Positions 7,593 through 11,603 of a stretch of 11,603 bases of DNA are shown here, in pieces. Source of the stretch: Campylobacterota bacterium (GTDB lineage: Bacteria; Campylobacterota; Campylobacteria; Campylobacterales; Sulfurimonadaceae); the NCBI GenBank assembly GCA_034717975.1, contig JAYEMF010000097.1:1-11603 (forward strand). The letters are read 5' to 3'. Each line of letters opens with the position of its first letter. The stretch's first letter is position 1. Under the pieces are notes generated by a model. That model saw only the letters and a list, made by a program, of their open reading frames with translations, did no database searches and was not told the DNA's origin. The position numbers were made by a program, and so were the translations under genes.

Positions 7593-7602
7593 TCAAAACA
7601 TA

Positions 7603-7795
7603 AGAGTCCGAGTGGGCGTTCCGCAAGTAGCTTTGGTTCTCAAAGCCGAAAAAAAGCGAAGCGAGCACCTCATTAGGGGCAGTTTTTAAAGCTTTCGCCC
7701 TCAGACAAAACCGCCGCACACAAAAGTATCTACGTAGTCCGCTAAGTGAATATGTAGAACCCCCTGATATGCGAGTTATCGCACCACTCAGGCTT
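7603..7795 (-). ncRNA. ssrS: 6S RNA (epsilonproteobacterial type, originally described as the 'purD motif')
   Basis: About 190-nt rod: closing stem CUGAGUGG/CCACUCGG, GGUUCU/AGAACC flanking a central bubble (ACAUAUUCACUU), AGCGGA/UUCGCU, GGCGGUUUU/AAAACUGCC and an apical GGC-GAAA-GCU. The position directly upstream of purD matches the known 6S locus in Helicobacter and Campylobacter. It has its own TATAAT box. Ends are approximate. Confidence 0.88.
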
Positions 7796-7801
7796 AGTAA
7801 T

Positions 7802-7807
7802 ATTATA
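7802..7807 (-). promoter_or_regulatory. sigma70/RpoD -10 box for the 6S RNA
   Basis: Perfect TATAAT with a 6-nt spacer to the A at 7795, where the 6S closing stem begins. AT-rich upstream. Confidence 0.75.
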
Positions 7808-7831
7808 CAGAAAATTAACTTTTAGAAAGGC

Positions 7832-8527
7832 TTAATCTGCCAGTTGTTTGGCGAGGGAAACACAATTTTCCACGGAAGGAGTCTCAGGCATCACAGCCTT
7901 GACACTCTTAGGTAAAGCACCATTAGTAGTTTTTCCGATAGCTACGACTTTATGCCCAGGTTTAAACTCATAAAAGTGTAAAAAACAGTCAATCGTAAAT
8001 GGTGAAGTGAAGATCAGGACAGCATTATCTTCAAGCTCAATCTCTCCTGCCTCTGCATTACACGATGTCTTATAGACAACCACATCATCAAGATCAACAC
8101 CGGCATGACGCACCTTATCGCCAAAATCAGAAGCCACTACCTCAGGTCGAGGATAGAGCCAGCGCTTGTCCGGATATCCGTTGATAATGATTTCGGCCAG
8201 TGAATCGCCGTAACCATCTCCTTTTTCCATCACCGTCGCACCCGATTTCCGTGCCATAGCAGCGGTCAGGTCAGCGATTGTCAGGGCAGGGATATGCGTC
8301 CATGCGCCGGAGATCTTATCTAGTGCCGTTACGGCCTGCTTTGAGGTCAATACGATGGCATCATATCGGCTAAAGTCAACATCAGGCTGAAAAAACTCGG
8401 TTGCGAGTACAGGAATGAAATTGACATCGGGGTGGGAGGTTTTGGAAAATAGATAGATAGGAAGCTTGTGGCTGCCCAATTTTGAATTTTGAATTTTGAA
8501 TTTTGAATTATCAGTGTTCATTATCAT
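7832..8527 (-). CDS. hemD: Uroporphyrinogen-III synthase; start codon uncertain (ATG 8527, ATG 8521 or TTG 8479)
   Basis: YDAIVLTSKQAV, VVVYKT, LIFTSPFTI and VVAIGKTT motifs of the HemD fold. The first ~17 residues are partly translated heptamer repeat. Confidence 0.82.
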   Translation of the reverse strand: MIMNTDNSKFKIQNSKLGSHKLPIYLFSKTSHPDVNFIPVLATEFFQPDVDFSRYDAIVLTSKQAVTALDKISGAWTHIPALTIADLTAAMARKSGATVMEKGDGYGDSLAEIIINGYPDKRWLYPRPEVVASDFGDKVRHAGVDLDDVVVYKTSCNAEAGEIELEDNAVLIFTSPFTIDCFLHFYEFKPGHKVVAIGKTTNGALPKSVKAVMPETPSVENCVSLAKQLAD

Positions 8528-8556
8528 TCAACATTTAAAATTTAGCATTCAAAATT
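8478..8556. repeat. Inverted array of heptamer tandem repeats
   Basis: (AATTTTG)x4 plus AATT at 8478-8509, facing four degenerate reverse-orientation copies CATTCAA-CATTTAA-AATTTAG-CATTCAA plus AATT at 8525-8556. Confidence 0.9.
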
Positions 8557-8561
8557 TTCAC

Positions 8562-10112
8562 CTACTCCCACTCGATGGTTGCAGGCGGTTTGGAACTGAT
8601 ATCGTAGACCACGCGGTTGATACCGTCGACTTCATTGATGATACGGCGGCTGATACGCTCCAGGAGGTCATGCGGCAGGTGTGCGAAGGTCGCAGTCATT
8701 CCATCAACGGCTTCAACAACGCGGACACAGACGGTATTGTCATAAGTACGGTTATCGCCCATCACACCGACCGATTTGACATTCAGGAGTACGACAAATG
8801 CCTGCCAGGTTTTCGTATAGTAACCACTCGCTTTAAGCTCATCGAGCAAGATAACGTCCGCTTCACGAAGCAAGGTCAAATCAGGGCGGTTAACATCACC
8901 CATAATACGAATAGCCAGACCCGGTCCAGGGAATGGATGACGGTTGATCATACTTGAGGGCAGACCAAGTTCCAATCCTACCTTGCGTACCTCATCTTTA
9001 AAAAGTTCCCGCAACGGTTCGATCAGTTCAAAGTCCATCCAGTCAGGAAGGCCGCCGACATTGTGGTGAGATTTGATCACTTCTGATGGGCCCTTGACCG
9101 AGATCGATTCGATCACATCCGGGTAGAGCGTTCCTTGTGCAAGGAATTTGATACCATCATGTTTTTTGGCCTCTTTTTCAAACTCTTCGATGAAAGTGTG
9201 GCCAATGATCTTGCGCTTGGCTTCCGGGTCACTGATACCGGCCAGCTTATCAAGGAAACTGTCAACCGCATCAACCGTAACCAAAGGTACTTTGAGATTG
9301 ATCTTAAAGACCTCTTCAACCTGTTCCCGTTCACCTTTACGCAACAGACCATTGTCAACAAAGACAGGAATCAGCTGATCTCCGATCGCCTCATAAAGGA
9401 TAGCTGCCGTAACAGAAGAGTCAACACCACCGCTTAGGCCGCAAAGAACTTTGCCGTCACCGACAAGGTCACGGATCTTCTTGATCTGCTCTTTGACAAA
9501 GTGTTCCATCTTCCATTTTTCAGTAACACCACAGATGACACGGGCAAAATTTCGAAGCATCAGATAGCCCTCTTCCGAGTGCTGTACTTCAGGGTGGAAC
9601 TGCATCGCATAAACACGTTTTTCTTCATTGGCAATGGCTGCGTAAGGAGAGTTGTCAGAGTGAGCGATCGGTTTAAAACCTTCTGGTAGTTCATCCACAC
9701 GGTCCGAGTGGCTCATCCAGACAATACGCTCATTGTCACAATCACGGAAAAGTGGAGAACTTTCACCATGGTTTATATTGATCTCCAGCTCTGCTTTGCC
9801 ATACTCATGGTGATCCGACCGGATAACAGAACCTCCAAAGTCTACAGCAATTCGCTGCATACCGTAACAGATACCCAAAACCGGGATACCCAAGTCATAA
9901 ACACCCTGATCTACCTCATAGGCATCTTTATTGTAAACTGATGAAGGACCGCCGCTCAGGATGATCCCCTGCGGGTTTTTTGCTTTAATATCATCGAGAG
10001 AAGAGTGGTAAGGAATAATTTCACAGTAGATCTTATCTTCACGAAGTCTACGAGCAATAAGTTGAGTGTATTGTGAACCAAAATCAAGAACAATAATGCT
10101 AACGTCTTTCAC
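8562..10112 (-). CDS. guaA: GMP synthase (glutamine-hydrolysing)
   Basis: [14 protein letters not shown]; class I glutamine amidotransferase triad (GICYG, QFHPE); PP-loop [27 protein letters not shown]-terminal [12 protein letters not shown] start preceded by AAAGG. Confidence 0.99.
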   Translation of the reverse strand: MKDVSIIVLDFGSQYTQLIARRLREDKIYCEIIPYHSSLDDIKAKNPQGIILSGGPSSVYNKDAYEVDQGVYDLGIPVLGICYGMQRIAVDFGGSVIRSDHHEYGKAELEININHGESSPLFRDCDNERIVWMSHSDRVDELPEGFKPIAHSDNSPYAAIANEEKRVYAMQFHPEVQHSEEGYLMLRNFARVICGVTEKWKMEHFVKEQIKKIRDLVGDGKVLCGLSGGVDSSVTAAILYEAIGDQLIPVFVDNGLLRKGEREQVEEVFKINLKVPLVTVDAVDSFLDKLAGISDPEAKRKIIGHTFIEEFEKEAKKHDGIKFLAQGTLYPDVIESISVKGPSEVIKSHHNVGGLPDWMDFELIEPLRELFKDEVRKVGLELGLPSSMINRHPFPGPGLAIRIMGDVNRPDLTLLREADVILLDELKASGYYTKTWQAFVVLLNVKSVGVMGDNRTYDNTVCVRVVEAVDGMTATFAHLPHDLLERISRRIINEVDGINRVVYDISSKPPATIEWE

Positions 10113-10136
10113 ATCTGAGCCTTTTTAGACATAATA

Positions 10137-10142
10137 ATTATA
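10137..10142 (-). promoter_or_regulatory. sigma70/RpoD -10 box for guaA
   Basis: TATAAT on the minus strand 24 nt upstream of the GTG, leaving room for a short leader containing the SD. Confidence 0.6.
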
Positions 10143-10194
10143 AAAGGATACAGCAAAATGAATTAAGATTTGATTTAGAAGAGTGACTAGATGT

Positions 10195-10214
10195 GAAGCT
10201 CACAAAAGAGCTTC
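10195..10214 (-). terminator. Hairpin after nhaD, possible terminator
   Basis: GAAGCUC-UUUUGU-GAGCUUC perfect 7-bp stem 15 nt after the nhaD stop. There is no clean U-tract. Confidence 0.45.
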
Positions 10215-10229
10215 GAATGAGTATGGCAA

Positions 10230-11603
10230 TTAGTGCTTAATGTAAAAACCAAGCATCTCATACTGAATATACCAGACAATGATCGAGACAATATAACCGA
10301 CCATGATCATCCATGACATCTTCATATGGGCACCGAAGGTGTAGATGCCAGGCAGCTTGCCCATAACACCGACACCGGCCGCACTACCGAAGCTGATGAG
10401 TGAACCACCTACACCTGCAGTCAGGGTTACAAGCATCCACTGATCAAGACCCATCGTCGGACTCGCTTTCAGCACGGCCGACATAACAGGAACGTTATCG
10501 ATAATTGCCGAGAGGATACCGACACCTATATTTGAGATGGTCGGACCAAGAACGTTAGGGTCATATACTACCGCTGCAAGCGCCAGCCAACCAATAAAAT
10601 AGAGCGCTCCGACTGCCGCTAAAATACCGAAGAAGAACATCAGCGTATTATTTTCAATTTTTGCCATGGAGTGAAAAACATCAAATTCACTTTTATGGAC
10701 ACGCTTCAGACGGTAACTGTAGATCTTCAGCAGAGAGAGACCGAACATCATCCCCCACATCGCCGGAAGATGCAGCACCTGATGCGACATAACCGCAGAG
10801 AAGATCGTGAAAATCCCAAGACCGATCACCACCCTAGAACCGTGCATCATTATCGGCTTTTTCTCTGCCGCTGCATCAAAGTCAGGTTTATCCTCAGGAA
10901 CCGCTTTACTCAACAGAAATGCCGTAACCAGATAGCCGAGAATAGAGGCTGGGAAAAGGAAGAGGAAGTCAACAAAAGTTCCTTTCCCTGCTGTCCAGGC
11001 CATCAGCGTCGTAATATCTCCAAACGGGCTCCATGCACCACCGGCATTCGCCGCAACGACGATATTGATGGCACCAGGAACCAGGAATGAACGTTTTGTC
11101 TTCGTAATGGTAATCAGAACCGTTGAGAGGATCAGTGCCGTCGTCAGGTTATCGGCGATCGGTGAGATAAAGAATGCCAAAAATCCTGTTACCCAGAAGA
11201 GTTTTTTGTAGCTGTACCCTTTTGATACAAGGTTATACTTCAAGCGATCGAATACCCCCATATGGATCATTGACTCGATGTAGGTCATCGCAACAAACAA
11301 GAAGAAGAAGATCTCGGCGATCTCAAGGATCAGGTGCTGTGCCTGAGTATGAACAAGGCTCATATTCATGTCGTTCATCGCATAATAGAATGCCACCAGC
11401 ATAAACAGGAAGGTACCGGTCAAGAGTGCCGGCTTCGCCTTGTCAATATGATACTTCTCTTCCATCGCCACAAAATAGTAGCCGATGACAAAGATAGCCA
11501 GAGCGGCAAAACCGACCCATGTCATTGTTATATCCGGTGCGACCTCTGTAGCACCTCCCCCACCGCTTGCAAAGGCAAACGCACTGATCAAACTAAGCAA
11601 TAA
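10230..11603 (-). CDS. nhaD: Na+/H+ antiporter NhaD (IT superfamily), 5' end probably outside the window
   Basis: Many transmembrane segments; motifs EEKYHIDKAKP, FFISPIADNLTT, AANAGGAWSPFGDITT, SAIIDNVP and GGSLISFGSAAGV. The frame is open to the window edge and begins in a signal-peptide-like segment (LISAFAFA-S). Confidence 0.92.
   Translation of the reverse strand, partial: LLLSLISAFAFASGGGGATEVAPDITMTWVGFAALAIFVIGYYFVAMEEKYHIDKAKPALLTGTFLFMLVAFYYAMNDMNMSLVHTQAQHLILEIAEIFFFLFVAMTYIESMIHMGVFDRLKYNLVSKGYSYKKLFWVTGFLAFFISPIADNLTTALILSTVLITITKTKRSFLVPGAINIVVAANAGGAWSPFGDITTLMAWTAGKGTFVDFLFLFPASILGYLVTAFLLSKAVPEDKPDFDAAAEKKPIMMHGSRVVIGLGIFTIFSAVMSHQVLHLPAMWGMMFGLSLLKIYSYRLKRVHKSEFDVFHSMAKIENNTLMFFFGILAAVGALYFIGWLALAAVVYDPNVLGPTISNIGVGILSAIIDNVPVMSAVLKASPTMGLDQWMLVTLTAGVGGSLISFGSAAGVGVMGKLPGIYTFGAHMKMSWMIMVGYIVSIIVWYIQYEMLGFYIKH

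Noticed and set aside
7603..7795. Purine, ZTP or PRPP riboswitch upstream of purD
   Set aside because: The closed rod with a central bubble, its own promoter and a separate downstream terminator fit 6S RNA; I see no aptamer consensus for those riboswitches.
8528..8530. In-frame TGA before hemD as a selenocysteine codon
   Set aside because: It lies in repeat-derived sequence outside the conserved domain, and I cannot identify a SECIS-like hairpin.
8478..8556. Heptamer array as a CRISPR array
   Set aside because: Units are 7 bp with no unique spacers, and there are no cas genes in the window.
8496..8957. 153-aa + strand ORF beginning in the heptamer repeat
   Set aside because: Antisense to the conserved guaA C-terminus, starts at a TTG inside the repeat with no SD, and has no recognisable motif.
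9113..9941. Short overlapping ORFs within guaA
   Set aside because: Fully nested in guaA; no motifs recognised.
11553..11565. G-rich run encoding SGGGG in nhaD as a phase-variable poly-G tract
   Set aside because: The longest homopolymer is only 5 nt and is explained by glycine codons.
10671..11603. + strand ORFs of 139, 76 and 89 aa opposite nhaD
   Set aside because: Their composition is what is expected antisense to a hydrophobic membrane-protein gene.

Overview
Core-genome window from a Campylobacterota (epsilonproteobacterial) chromosome, probably a free-living Sulfurimonas/Sulfuricurvum-like organism; the taxon is inferred from protein style and gene order. All real genes are on the minus strand. 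In transcription order: nhaD (5'-truncated), guaA, hemD, 6S RNA, purD, RDD-family gene, lptD, phosphoribosyltransferase-like gene, pnp, then a stand-alone atpE. I see no transposase, integrase, phage gene, CRISPR array or defence system, and no new protein-coding system. The unexplained signals are all non-coding: (1) a ~115-nt multi-stem leader upstream of atpE whose G-U pairs work only on the mRNA strand; (2) a cluster of palindromes, one of them REP-like, between pnp and atpE; (3) an inverted array of 7-bp repeats at the guaA-hemD junction that runs in frame into hemD, preceded by a 6-codon mini-ORF; (4) a 6S RNA with a visible alternative 3' hairpin and a terminator ahead of the purD-pnp gene run. 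All structures were paired by eye, not computed.
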